Positions 36,306 through 48,995 of a stretch of DNA of 64,000 bases are shown one piece after another. The stretch spans positions 248,001 to 312,000 of the forward strand of contig JAXLNO010000202.1 in assembly GCA_038087875.1 (NCBI GenBank), in the 5' to 3' direction. A model generated the notes under the pieces. It made no database searches. It was not told where the DNA came from and worked only from the letters and a program-made list of their open reading frames with translations. The first letter of the stretch is position 1. Each line of letters begins with the position of its first letter. The stretch comes from Malacoraja senta. Its lineage: Eukaryota. A program made the translations under genes and the position numbers.

Positions 36306-37254
36306 GACCTGATATCATCTGCCTGTCGATTATTTTAATTGATGGTTGGAGATATTTCCTGCATTCAGTTGGTTGCAGATAGTTTATGTTGGATCGTGAT
36401 GGAGTAATGAAAAACACAAAGCAATAGTCCCCTAAACATTAAATTCCCTGGACAAGCATATTATGGAAGTGTTTTGTAGATGAAACATTTATATAAGTCT
36501 GTAATATTAGTGACCTGTCAGCAGCTTAAATTAACGCACAGTTGATCAACTTGCCTGTCCCAAATGATTCTTCACGCTTGGCACAGTCTTAACTCATGTT
36601 TTATTTTTAATTTGGTGATATTACTCCCGAGAGTCTGCAGTGAACCTGTCTGTGATATGTTTATTAATCTTTGAGAGTTGGTGACGAGTCAGGACAATAA
36701 TATTCTGATGCAGAGTTTACTGAATAATGCAGGGACACAGGAGTGCTGGTGTAGGCCGAGCAGTCTCTGGCTTTATCTCCCACTAAATGCTTTGGAAGGC
36801 ATTGTCTGGAAAGATGGAGCCAATGAACATTGGGAATTTGGTCCTTACTTAAAGAAAGATGAGACTTAAAGTGACATTTCTATGTGGATGAACTAGGGGA
36901 GTGAGCAATAGATAAACGCACCAGAGACTGCTAATGAGAGGTAGAGGTAGTTGGACCAATTTATTGTCACGTGTACCGAGGTACAGTGAAAAGCTTTCAT
37001 TGCGTGCCAACCAGTCAGCGGAAAGACAATACATGATTACAATCGAGCCATCTGCAGTGTATAGACACATGATGAAAGGAATAATATGAAAAGTGTTTTG
37101 TGCAAGATAACATCCAGTAACATCCAATCAAAGATAGTCCGATGGTCTCCAATGAGGTAGACAGCACCCATAGTCAGGATCAAAGCCGGGTCTCTGGTAC
37201 TCTAAGGCAGCAACTCTACCGCTGCAGATGCTGGTTTATACCATAGATAGACAA

Positions 37255-37542
37255 AGTGCTGGAGTAACTCAGCGGGTGGGTCAGGCAGCATCTGTGGAGA
37301 ACATGGATAGGTGACGTTTCACAGAGTGCTGGAGTAACTCAGCGGGTCAGGCAGCATCTGTGGAGAACATGGATAGGTGACGTTTCACAGAGTGCTGGAG
37401 TAACTCAGAGGGTCAGGCAGCATCTGTGGAGAACATGGATAGGTGACGTTTCACAGAGTGCTGGAGTAACTCAGCGGGTGGGTCAGGCAGCATCTGAGGA
37501 GATGATGGATAGGTGACGTTTCAAGTCGGGACCTTCTACAGA
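37255..37542 (-). repeat. Four 66-bp pLTR-derived units, antisense orientation
   Basis: Reverse complement of the same unit, with a degenerate hammerhead remnant at ~37520-37542. Confidence 0.88.
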
Positions 37543-37816
37543 TGGGCGGAGAAGGATGTACGAGGAGATTGAACATCATATATTGCAAGACTTCTGCAGA
37601 ACATTTAATACCATTCATACACTCCTGCATTGTGAGGATATATTTTATATCTTCAATTAGATTAGATTTTATTGCTTCATTTCACCGCGGGCAACACTCT
37701 CCAGCTGCACCTGATGGGTAAATATGAAGATCTTATTGTTAAACAAAATCCTGGCTTATGTTTGCCATAATGTTTCTTGCTCATATTGCTATCAAACTAC
37801 TGGGAATTGCTTTTAA

Positions 37817-39004
37817 GCGGCTCGGTGGTGCAGCGGGTAGTGCTGCTGCCTCACAGCACCAGAGACCCGGGTTCCATTCTTACTATGGGTGATGTCTGTA
37901 CGCAGTTTGTACCTTCTCCCTGTGACCGCGTGGGTTTTCTCTGGGTGCTCTGGTTTCATCTGGTTGAAGTGCGGTGGTGCGGGATTACTGCACGCGGCCC
38001 CTACTGCCTGCCTGTCTTTTTTTTATTTTTGTCTAGTTAAATGTAGTTGTTTGTGGGGTTTTTTGTACTGTTTTTAATTGTGTATATGTGGGGGGGGGGG
38101 GGGGGGGGGACTTTTAAAATCTCTTCCCTGTACGGGAGACCCGACCTTTTTCCCTGTCGTGTCTCCGTTGTCGTTGGGGCCTAGCTCCGTGGAGCGGCCT
38201 CCAACCGGGACGACCTGGGGCCTCCAGTCGCGGAGCCTGCGGAGCTGTGGATTCACCATCGTGGGGCTGGCCGGCCTCGGAGCGTGGGGAGCGGTGGTGG
38301 CTCGTTGCTGCGGCCCGACTCCGGAGCTCCAGCTGCAACTGCAGTCCCGTGGACAGTGATATCGGGAGCTCGCGGGTCCGGGTGAGAGACCGCTTTCCGG
38401 AGCTCCTGCAACGCAACTTCTCCAGCCCGAGTCGCGGGGTTGGAACGACCCGGAGCGGGGCCGTACATCGCCCGGCGCGGCTTTAACGGCCGCGGGACAT
38501 TCCAGCGCCCGCCGGGGGCTCCAACTTGTGACTTCTGGGACTGGAGCGGGGCCGTACATCGCCCGGCGCGGCCTCAAATGGCCGTGGGACTTACCATTGC
38601 CCGCCTGGGGCTTCAACATCGGGAGATAAATGGTGCAGGGGAGAGAAAAGACTTTGCCTTCCATCACAGTGAGGAGATTCACTGTGATGGATGTTTTTCT
38701 GTAAATTAAATTGTTTGTGTGTCGTGTAGGAATTGTTTTGTTTGTATGGCTGTGGAAACGGAGTTTCGTTTGAGCCTCTCTGAGGTTCAAATGACAAGAA
38801 ATAAAAATCTAATCTAATCTAATCTAATCCCACATTCCAAAGACGTACAGGTTTGTACAGTAGGTACATTAGCTTGGTACAAATGTAAATTGTCCCTAGT
38901 GTGTGTACGGTAATGCTAATGTACGGGTGATCACTGGTCGGTACAGACTCGGTGGGCTGAAGGGCCTGTGTTCGTGCTGTATCTCTAAACTAAACTAAAC
39001 TAAA
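37817..39004 (+). mobile_element. HE1/V-SINE-like SINE split within its V-domain
   Basis: ...gggtgctctggtttcatc | cccacattccaaagacgtacagg... Confidence 0.82.
37961..38828 (+). mobile_element. CpG-rich non-autonomous retroposon, type B
   Basis: Homologous to 19391-20230; hairpin 38660-38691; (aatct)n tail. Confidence 0.75.
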
Positions 39005-39692
39005 TCATTGTGAAACTGTGGGGAGAATATTGGGAACCGGCACAACGACTTCCTCCTGCACTGCACCGTTTAAAGATTAGTTTAGTTTTTGTTTATTGTC
39101 ACATACAGTGAAAAGCTTCTGTTGTTTGCTACCCAGTCAGTGGAAAGACAATACATGATTACAATCGAGGCGTTCACAGTGTACAGATACAGGATATTGG
39201 TTGTTATACTGTTGTATATGAAGTTGGTATCTGTCTGCTGGTGCTGAAGGGATCTGGCAGCATGGTGGTGCTGAACATACATGGTGCCCTTGTATGTTCT
39301 CCACATGCGTGTTGCCCCCCTGCCCAGTGACACGGAGCACGTGAGGGTTACCGGGGACACACTATGACTCATTCTCAGGCAAGTGCAGCAACAACAATTT
39401 TTTTTGCCTGATGCGTTTATGTGTGGCCAGTGATGCAGAACGAGATAAATACGGTGCCCAAAATATTGTGCAAGAGGAAGAGTTGTTTTGAACTCTGGCA
39501 GCATCTCTGGGAGTAAGTATCTCATGAACGGGAATCATCGCGATGGGTCCCAGTGGAGCAACGTTGGGAATAAACTCATCCTGTCATCGGCACAGAGCAC
39601 CCTGTAACCAAAACCACACTGGCCAACAGAGCCACCTTCTCAAACTTGATTTTACAATTGATTCTCAAGATGTGTAGGAAGGAACTGCAGAT

Positions 39693-39945
39693 TAGTTTGG
39701 AGATACAGTGCAGAAACAGGCCCTTCGGCCCATCACATCGGCGCCGACCAGCGATCCCCGCACATTAACACTATCCTACACGCAGTTGGGACTATTTACA
39801 TTTATGCAGAGCCAATTAACCTACAAACCTGCACATATTTGGAGTTTGGGAGGAAACCAAAGATCTCGGTGAAAACCCATGCAGGTCATGGGGAGAACGT
39901 ACAAACTCCGTACAGACAGCACCCGTAGTCAGGATTGATCCCGAG
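39693..39945 (-). mobile_element. HE1/V-SINE-like SINE
   Basis: Reverse-complement V-domain and tail. Confidence 0.8.
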
Positions 39946-41140
39946 ACTTTCAGAAGGCTTTCGACAAGGTCCCACATAAAAGATTTGTATACAAACTTAA
40001 AGCACATGGTATTGGGGGTTCAGTATTGATGTGGATAGAGAACTGGCTGGCAAATAGGAAGCAAAGAGTAGGAGTAAACGGGTCCTTTTCACAATGGCAG
40101 GCAGTGACTAGTGGGGTACCGCAAGGCTCAGTGCTGGGACCCCAGCTATTTACAATTTATATTAATGAACTGGACGAGGGAATTGAATGCAACATCTCCA
40201 AGTTTGCGGATGACACGAAGCTGGGGGGCAGTGTTAGCTGTGAGGAGGATGCTAGGAGGCTGCAAGGTGACTTGGATAGGCTGGGTGAGTGGGCAAATGT
40301 ATGGCAGATGCAGTATAATGTGGATAAATGTGAGGTTATCCACTTTGGTGGCAAAAACAGGAAAGTAGACTATTATCTGAATGGTGGCTGATTAGGAAAA
40401 GGAGAGATGCAACGAGACCTGGGTGTCATGGTACACCAGTCATTAAAAGTAGGCATGCAGGTGCAGCAGGCAGTGAAGAAGGCGAATGGTATGTTAGCAT
40501 TCATAGCAAAAGGATTTGAGTATAGGAGCAGGGAGGTTCTACTGCAGTTGTACAGGGTCTTGGTGAGACCACACCTGGAGTATTGCGTACAGTTTTGGTC
40601 TCCTAATCTGAGGAAAGACATTCTTGCCATAGAGGGAGTACAGAAAAGGTTCACCAGACTGATTTCTGGGATGTCAAGACTTTCATATGAAGAAAGACTG
40701 GATAGACTCGGTTTGTACTCGCTAGAATTTAGAAGATTGAGGGGGAATCTTATAGAAACGTATAAAATTCTTATGGGGTTGGACAGGCTAGATGCAGGAA
40801 GATTGTTCCCGATGTTGGGGAAGTCCAGAACAAGGGGTCACAGTTTAAGGATAAGGGGGAAATCTTTTAGGACCGAGATGAGGAAAACATTTTTCACACA
40901 GAGAGTGGTGAATCTCTGGAACTCTCTGCCACAGAAGGTAGTTGAGGCCAGTTCATTGGCTATATTTAACAGGGAGTTAGATGTGGCCCTTGTGGCTAAA
41001 GGAATCAGGGGGTATGGAGAGAAGGCAGGTACGGGATACTGAGTTGGATGATCAGCCATGATCATATTGAATGACGGTGCAGGCTCGAAGGGCCGAATGG
41101 CCTACTCCTGCACCTATTTTCTATGTTTCTATGTTTCTAT
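39946..41140 (+). mobile_element. Young CR1 LINE, 5'-truncated ~1.2 kb
   Basis: ORFs 40026-40391 and 40407-41042 are in the same frame, separated by one stop; FADDTK. Confidence 0.95.
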
Positions 41141-42481
41141 GACCCGGGTCTGTGGTCTGGAAGGCAGCAACTCTACCGCTGCACCATCGTATGCCCATGC
41201 TGGTTTAAACTGAGGAGAGCCACAAAGTGCAGGAGTACCACGGTGAGTCATGCATCATCTCTGGAGACAAGAATAGGTGGCGTTTCAGGTCGAGGCCCTT
41301 CTTCAGACATTCTGAAGACATTGATGTCAGTTGTTGTCCATTCCTACTGAGTCCGAGACAAATAGAGCATACAATAGACAATAGACAATAGGTACAGGAG
41401 TAGGCCATTCGGCCCTTCGAGCACAGTACAGTACAGGAACAGGCCCTTCAGCCCGCAATGTATGTGCCAAACATGATCCAAGACCATCACTTAGCAGCCT
41501 ACACGTGTTCCATATCTCCTCATTCCCTACATATCCATGTGCCTATCTACAATTCTCAACGCCACCTTTGTATGTCTCCACCACCACCCCTGGCAGCACG
41601 TTCCAGGACCCCACCCTCTGTGCAAACAATTGCCCCTCTCATCTCCTTTCAACTTTGCTTCCCTAACCTTAAATCTGTGGCCTCTGGTATTTGATATTTC
41701 CACCCCGAGAGACCATCTACCCGATCCAAGCATCACATCATTTTATATATTTCTATCAAGTCTCTCCTCAAACTCTGGCATTCCAGAGAATGTAATCCAT
41801 GGTTTGTCCAACCTCTCCCTGTAGCAGCGACTGTCTGATCCAGGCATCGTTCTGCTAAACCTCCTCTGCTCCCTCTCCAAAGTCACCCATCCTTCCTCTA
41901 ATGGAGTGACCAGATTGCACATAATACTCCAGGTGTGGTCTCACTAGGGCCCTGAACAAATGCAGGAGGACCTCCTTGCTCCTATACTCAACTCCTCTTG
42001 TTATAAAGGCCAACATACCATTTGCATTCTTCACTGCCTGCAGTACCTACATGCTAACTTTAGCCCTGTACCTCCAACTGGCCAGAACTCCACATAAAAC
42101 TCCAAATGTGGTTTAACCAAAGTCCTGTAAAGTGAATCACGACTTCCTGACTCTTGTACTCAATAGACGGACCATACACCTGCTTCATCTCTATCTCCCT
42201 GTATTGAAACATTCAGGGAGTTATGGACTTGGACCCCAAGATCTCTCCCTATATCAATGCTATTCAGGGACTTGCCATCATAGAACATAGAATAGTGCAG
42301 TGCAAGAACAGGCCCTTCGGCCCACAATGTTTGTGTTGAACATGATGCCCTGGAGTCATAGAGTCATAGTGAAACCGTGTGGAAACAGGCCCTTGGACCC
42401 AACTTGCCCACACCAGCCAACATGTCCCAGCTACACTAGTCTCACCTGCCTGCGTTTGGTCCATTTCATTCCAAACCTGTC

Positions 42482-43222
42482 ACACCGGATGGTGCCGCCA
42501 ACAGTGGCTGCCTCGCCAACAGTCTGTCTGTCCTTTCTTCTTTTTGTTATTTTTAGTATGTGTTAAAAAGTGTTTCAGAGTTCCTTGGATTGTTTTATGT
42601 GGGGGGTGGGAAGGCGGGGGGATGGGTGTGTGGAAACGTTTTTTTCCAATCTGTTACCTCGATGGAGATCATATCTCCGTATCATATCTCCATCCCCACT
42701 GCGGCCTAACATCGTGGGGTTGGCGGCCTTCCCTGGAGACCGACGGGCACTCCAAGCCGCGGTAATCTGCGAGACTTTAACATCGCGGAGCTTGCGATCC
42801 CTTTGCCGGGGATCGAAGCTCCAACTGCGGGGCCCGTGGACTTTAACATCGTGAAGCTCGCGGTCACTGGTAAGAAGAGGCCGACTCGGGAGCTCCATGC
42901 CGCGGAGAGAGTTTCAACTGCCCCGATGCGGGAGTTTCGATCACCCCGACCGGGGCTTCAATCGCGGGCTGCGGGGGCTTTGATCGCCCCGACTGGGGAT
43001 GTTTGACTGTCCCGACTGCGGGAGAACAAAGAGGAAGAAGATTGAACTTTATTGCCTTCCATTATAGTGAGGAACGTGGAATCTACTGTGGTGGATGTTT
43101 ATGTTAACCTTTATGTAGTTGTGTGTCTTGTTGCTTTCACTTAGTACGGCTGTATTGGAACGCAAATGTCACCGTACCTTAACTGGTACATGTGACAGTA
43201 AACTGACCTTGAAACCTTGAAA
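42482..43222 (+). mobile_element. CpG-rich non-autonomous retroposon, type A-like, inserted in a CR1 3' tail
   Basis: 5' gatggtgccgcc; tail accgtaccttaactggtacatgtgacagtaaa..(ccttgaaa)2. Confidence 0.7.
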
Positions 43223-43950
43223 TCCCATGTACATGTCTAACTGTTTCTTAAACGATGGGATAGTCCCAGCCTCAACTACCTCCTCTGGCAGCTCGTTCCA
43301 TACACCCACCGCCCTTCATGTGAAAATGTTACCCCTCAGATTCCTATTAAATCTTTTCCCCTTCACCTTGAACCTATGTCCTCTGGTCCTCGATTACCCT
43401 ACTCTGGGCAAGAGACTCTGTGTGTCTATCCGATCTATTCCTCTCATGATTATGTACACCTCTATAAGATCTCCCCTCATCCTCGTGCACTCCAAGGAAT
43501 AGATTCCCGGCCTACTCAACCTCTCCCAACTCCCTATAGCTCAGGCCCTCGAGTCCCGGCAACATCCTCGTAAATTATTTCTGAACCCTCTCTTGCTTAA
43601 CAACATCTTTCCTATAACATGGTGCCCAGAACTGAACACAATATTCTAAGTGTGGTGTCACTAACGTCTTATACAACTGCAACATGACCTCCCAACTTCT
43701 ACACTCAATACTCTGACTGATGAAGGCCAAAGTGCCAAAAGCCTGTTTGACCACCTTATCTACCTGTGACTTGACCTTCAAGGAACCATGCACCTGTACT
43801 CCTAGTTCCCTCTGCTCGACAACACTACCCAGAGGCCGACCATTCACCGTGTAGGTCCTGCCCTTGTTCAACGTCCCAAAATGCAACACCTCACACTTCT
43901 CTGTATTAAATTCCATCAACCATTCCTACACCCACCTGGCCAATCGATCC
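43223..43950 (-). mobile_element. CR1 LINE fragment
   Basis: ORF 43575-43919 [18 protein letters not shown]. Confidence 0.88.
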
Positions 43951-45705
43951 AGATCCACTCACTCTTGTATCATCAGCAAACCTACTCTTACCTGCCTGCA
44001 CGTGATCCATATCCCTCCATTCCCTGCATATCCATGCGCTTATCTGAAAGTCTCTTAAACACCACAATCGTATCCACCTCCACCACCCCTGGCAGCATGT
44101 TCCAGGCCCAACCACCCTCCGTGTATAAATGATTACCTCGCACACCTCCTTGAAGCTGTGCCCTCTATTGTTGGGCATTTCTATCCTGGGGAAAGGTTCT
44201 GACTGTCTACCCTATCTACACCTCTAGTAACTTTATATACTTCTCCCCACAACCTCTGGCGTGCCAGAGAATGGTGCATACACGGGCGGGCATTCCATGT
44301 TCTCCGCTCTCTGCTGCCTGACCCACTGAGTCACTTGTACTTTCCACATTCTCTCTCTTATTGGACTGTCTTTGATTGGACCTTACTGGTTTTATCTTGC
44401 ATTAAACATTATTCATGTTATTCCCTTTATCATGTATCTGTACACTGTGGACGGCTCGATTGTAATCATGTATTGTCTTTCTGCTGACTGGTTAACACGC
44501 AACAAAAGCTTTTCACTGAACCTCGGTACACGTGACAATAAACTCAACTCCACTCAACTGAACTGAGTTCTACATCCAACAAAACAGTTCTGGAATGGGA
44601 CGAGGTTCCAAATAACAATTACTGATGATCACAGACACCTTTTCTGCACCTAATGAACAGCTACCAGCCTCAGAAGAGAAGTGCAGATGTGCAGAGTTTT
44701 GTTTTGCTGCCCTCTCAGGGGAGCGGGCCTCAGCTGCAGCCTGAGGTGGCATTGGGAAGCTGTCCCTGGTGACGGAGACGGGGTTGTACCCCATGGCACC
44801 ACGGGTAACATCTCCAACAAGCATGGACTCCCGAGCATCAATCAGCCCTTCAACCCAGCTCAGCTCAGCCTAGCTGTGGCACTAACTAGAGTCACAAAGC
44901 TGTAAAGCACGGGAACAGGCCCTTCGGCCCACCTTGCCCATGATGACTGGGCTAGTCTCATTTGCCTGCATTTGGCCCATATCCCTCTATATCTTCCTAT
45001 CCATTAATCTGTCCAAATCATCATTGTAGCAGCTTCTATAGCTTCCTCCAGCAGCTCATTCCAGATACATAGAACATGGAACAGTACAGCACAGGAACAG
45101 GCCCTTCGGCCCACAATGTCTGTGCCAAGCATGATGCCAAACCAAGCCCGTATGTGATCCAGATCCCCCCATTCCCTGCATATCCATGTGCCTATGTAAA
45201 CACCACTGTGGTATCTGCCTCCACCACCACCCCTGGCAGCAGTGTTCCAGGCCCCGACCACTACTCTGGGTAAAATACTTGCTTCACACAAATCCTTTCA
45301 ACTTTATCCTACTCACCTTAAAGCAATGTCCTCTACAGACTTCCCCCTGCGTACAAAGGTCAGTTCAGTTTATTGTCACGTGTACCGAGGTACAGTGAAA
45401 AGCTTCTTGGTTGTAACTTTCTCCTGGATTTCCTGTTGGCCGCATCTGAGGGGTTTTATGGTCGGTGTAAACATTGAGCTAGACGTTGAGTGGATGTACG
45501 CTGGATTAACCACTGATTTGTCCCAGGAGTGACTGGGTTGTGAGTATTGGAGGCAACCACTCCCAGGAGTCAGTGTTACTCCGTGATTACTAACGGCTCA
45601 AAATCTTCCGATGAGTGTGTTCCCTAACAATGTTGCATCCGGATCAATATCAGCAAGGAATTAGAAAGGACCGCAGAATAAGTGGCATGAAGTGCTGACC
45701 AACCA

Positions 45706-46518
45706 CTGAGGGGCATGGGTATGGTCAACCACGAGGGGCATGGGTAAGGTCAACCACGAGGGGCATGGGTAAGGTCAACCACGAGGGGCATGGGTAATGT
45801 CAACCACGAGGGGCATGGGTAAGGTCAACCACGGGGAGCATGGAAAGGTCAACCACGAGGGGCATGGAACGGTCAACCACGAGGGGCATGGGTAAGGTCA
45901 ACCACGAGGAGCATGGAAAGGTCAACCACGAGGGGCATGGGTAAGGTCAACCACGAGGAGCAAGGAAAGGTCAACCACGAGGGGCATGGGTAAGGTCAAC
46001 CACGAGGGGCATGGGTAAGGTCAACCACGAGGGGCATGGGTATGGTCAACCACGAGAGGCATGGAAAGGTCAACCACGAGGGGCATGGGTAAGGTCAACC
46101 ACGAGGAGCATGGTAAGGTCAACCACGAGGGGCATGGAACGGTCAACCACGAGGGGCATGGGTAAGTTCAACCACGAGGGGCATGGGTAAGGTCAACCAC
46201 AAGGGGCATGGGTAAGGTCAACCACGAGGGGCATGGGTAAGGTCAATCACGAGGAGCATGGAAAGGTCAACCACGAGGGCATGGAAAGGTCAACCATGAG
46301 GGGCATGGGTAAGGTCAACCACGAGGGGCATGGGTAAAGTCAACCATGAGGGGCATGGGTAAGGTCAACCACGAGGGGCATGGGTAAGGTCAACCACGAG
46401 GGGCATGGGTAATGTCAACCACGAGGGGCAGGGGTAAGGTCAACCATGAGGGGCATGGGTAAGGTCAACCATGAGGGGCATGGGTAAGGTCAACCACGAG
46501 GGGCATGGAAAGGTCAAC
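45706..46518. repeat. 25-bp minisatellite ggtcaaccacgaggggcatgggtaa, about 33 copies
   Basis: Direct. Confidence 0.96.
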
Positions 46519-47209
46519 GCTCACTCTTTATCCCCAGTGTAGAACATAGATCAGCCATGATTGGATGCTGCAGTAGACCCACCGGATCAAATGGCCGAAT
46601 TCCACTCCTATGCCTTATAGTCACAGAGTGATGTAGTGATAGAGAGATAGAGAGATAGAGAGATAGAATCATGGAATCATACCGTGCAGAAACTGGCCCT
46701 TCTGTCCAACTTGCCTCTGATGAGTACAATGCCCCATCTACACAAGCCCCACCTGCTTGTCCATCAAGTCTACGCCACCATTTTATCATGGCTGATCTAT
46801 CTTTCCCCCTCAACCCCATTCTCCTGCCGCCTCCCCATAACACCCGACACCCGCACTGATCAAGAATCTATCTATCTGCAGCTTAAATATACCCATTGAT
46901 TTGTGACCTCCACAGCCCTCTGTGGCAAAGAATCCCACAGATTCACCACCCTTTGACTAAAGATGAGAGCGTGGCCAGGGTTGTGTGGGTCTCTGATGAT
47001 TTGGGGGCAGCGCCTGCTGTAGATCCCTTCAATAGACAGTTAGGCCCATTACCAGCATGTTATGTCTTTGAAGCTTGATGATAGGGGCAGTAGTGTCACC
47101 ACCACTACTCCACACAGCTTCATTCCTCCTGGTGCACCAAAATCAAATGCTTTGTGCAGAGCATTGCTGGGCCAGGAGAGGGCAGTGAAGAGCCACCCAG
47201 GATGGCGTG

Positions 47210-47652
47210 TGCTGGACTCACAGGTGGGGCAGGTGAGGCTGGGACACAGGTGGGGCTGGACTCAGGTGGGCAGGTGGGGCTGGACTCACAGGTGGGCAGA
47301 TGGGGCAGGAACACAGGTCGGGCAGGTGAGGCTGGACTCAGGTGGGGCAGGTGGAGCTGGACTCACAGGTGGGGCAGGTAGGGCTGGACTCACAGGTGGG
47401 CAGGTGAGGCTGGACTCAGGTGAGGAAGGTGGGGCAGAAACACAGGTGGGCAGGTGAGGCTGGACTCAGGTGAGGAAGGTGGGGCAGGAACACAGGTGGG
47501 CAGGTGAGACTGGACTCAGGTGAGGAAGGTGGGGCAGGAACACAGGTGGGCAGTTGAGGCTGGACTCAGGTGAGGAAGGTGGGGCAGGAACACAGGTGGG
47601 CAGGTGAGGCTGGACTCAGGTGAGGAAGGTGGGGCAGGAACACAGGTGGGGT
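47210..47652. repeat. G-rich minisatellite (~50-bp unit built from caggtgggg/ctggactca modules)
   Basis: Direct. Confidence 0.9.
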
Positions 47653-47676
47653 AAGTGGGCATCCTTTTCAATAAAT

Positions 47677-48792
47677 AGAGTCATAGAGTGATACAGCACA
47701 GAAGCAGGCCCTTCACCCCAACTTTCCCGCACCGGACAACATGTCCCATCTACACTAGTCCAAGTACGTGCCTTTAGCCAATATCCATCTAATGGATAGA
47801 TCCCTATCCATGTACCTGTCTAACTGTTTCTCAAAACGTTGGGATAGTCCCAGCCCCAACTACCTCCTCTGGCAGCTTGTTCCATACACCCACCACACTT
47901 TGTGTGAAAAAGTTACCCCTCAGATTCAAATTAAATCTTTTCTCCTTCACCTTAAACTTATGTCCAATGGTCCTCGATTCCCCTACTCTGGGCAAGAGAC
48001 TCTGTGCACTAACCGATCTATTCCTCTCATGATTTTATACACCTCATCCTCCTGCACTCCATGGAATAGAGTACCAACCTACTCAACCTCTCCCTGTAGC
48101 TCAGACCCCCTAGTCCTGGCAACATCCTCGTAAATCTTCTCTGTACCATTTCCAGCTTAACAATATCTTTCCGATAACATGATGCCCAGAACTGAACATA
48201 ATACCGTAAATGCGGCCTCACCAACATCTTATACAACTGCAACATGACATCCCAACTTCTATACTCTATACTTTACTGATGAAGGCCAAAATGCTAAAAG
48301 GCTTTTTAACCACCTTATCTACCTGTGATGCCACTTGCAACAAATTATGTACCGGGACTCTCTCTGTTCTACAACACTCCCCAAAGCCCTGCCATTCACT
48401 GTGTATTTCCTGCCCATGTTAATGCTCACACTTCTCCGTATTAAATTCCATCAACCATTCCTCCGCCCACCTGGCCAATCGATCCAGATCCTGCTGCAAT
48501 CGTTCACAACCATCTTCACTATCTGCAAAACCACTCACTTTTGTATTATCAGCAAACTTGCTAATCATGCCCTGTATGTTCTCATCCATATCATTGATGT
48601 AGATGACAAACAGTAACGAGCCCAGCACCGAACCCTGAGGCACACCACTAGTCACAGGCCTCCAGTCCAAGAAGCAACCTTCCATCATCTGCTTCCTTCC
48701 ATGAAGCCAATTTGCTATCCATTCGGCTATCTCTCCTTGGATCCCATGCGATCTAACCTTCCAGAGCAGCCTACCATGCTGATTGCCTTGCT
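47677..48792 (-). mobile_element. CR1 LINE RT fragment (same subfamily as 1-850)
   Basis: ORF 48419-48688 VPQGSVLG..KFADNTKV. Confidence 0.9.
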
Positions 48793-48995
48793 AAAATGTC
48801 AAGTGCCTTACTAAAATTGTTAGGGCATTTCCCAAAATATCTTTCTAAAGGAATGCAATAACATTTAAGGCCTTTAACGTTAACACGAGTGACATTTTTA
48901 AATGGTAATTTTCCCTTCTGTATGCCTATGTTTCAAACTACAAAGGATCCACATATTGCATTCAGCAATCTGGATTCACAACCCTGAGGCACGGG

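Noticed and set aside
44719..44804. Possible plus-strand exon after a pyrimidine tract (ctctcag|...|gtaaca)
   Set aside because: Weak donor and unrecognised peptide
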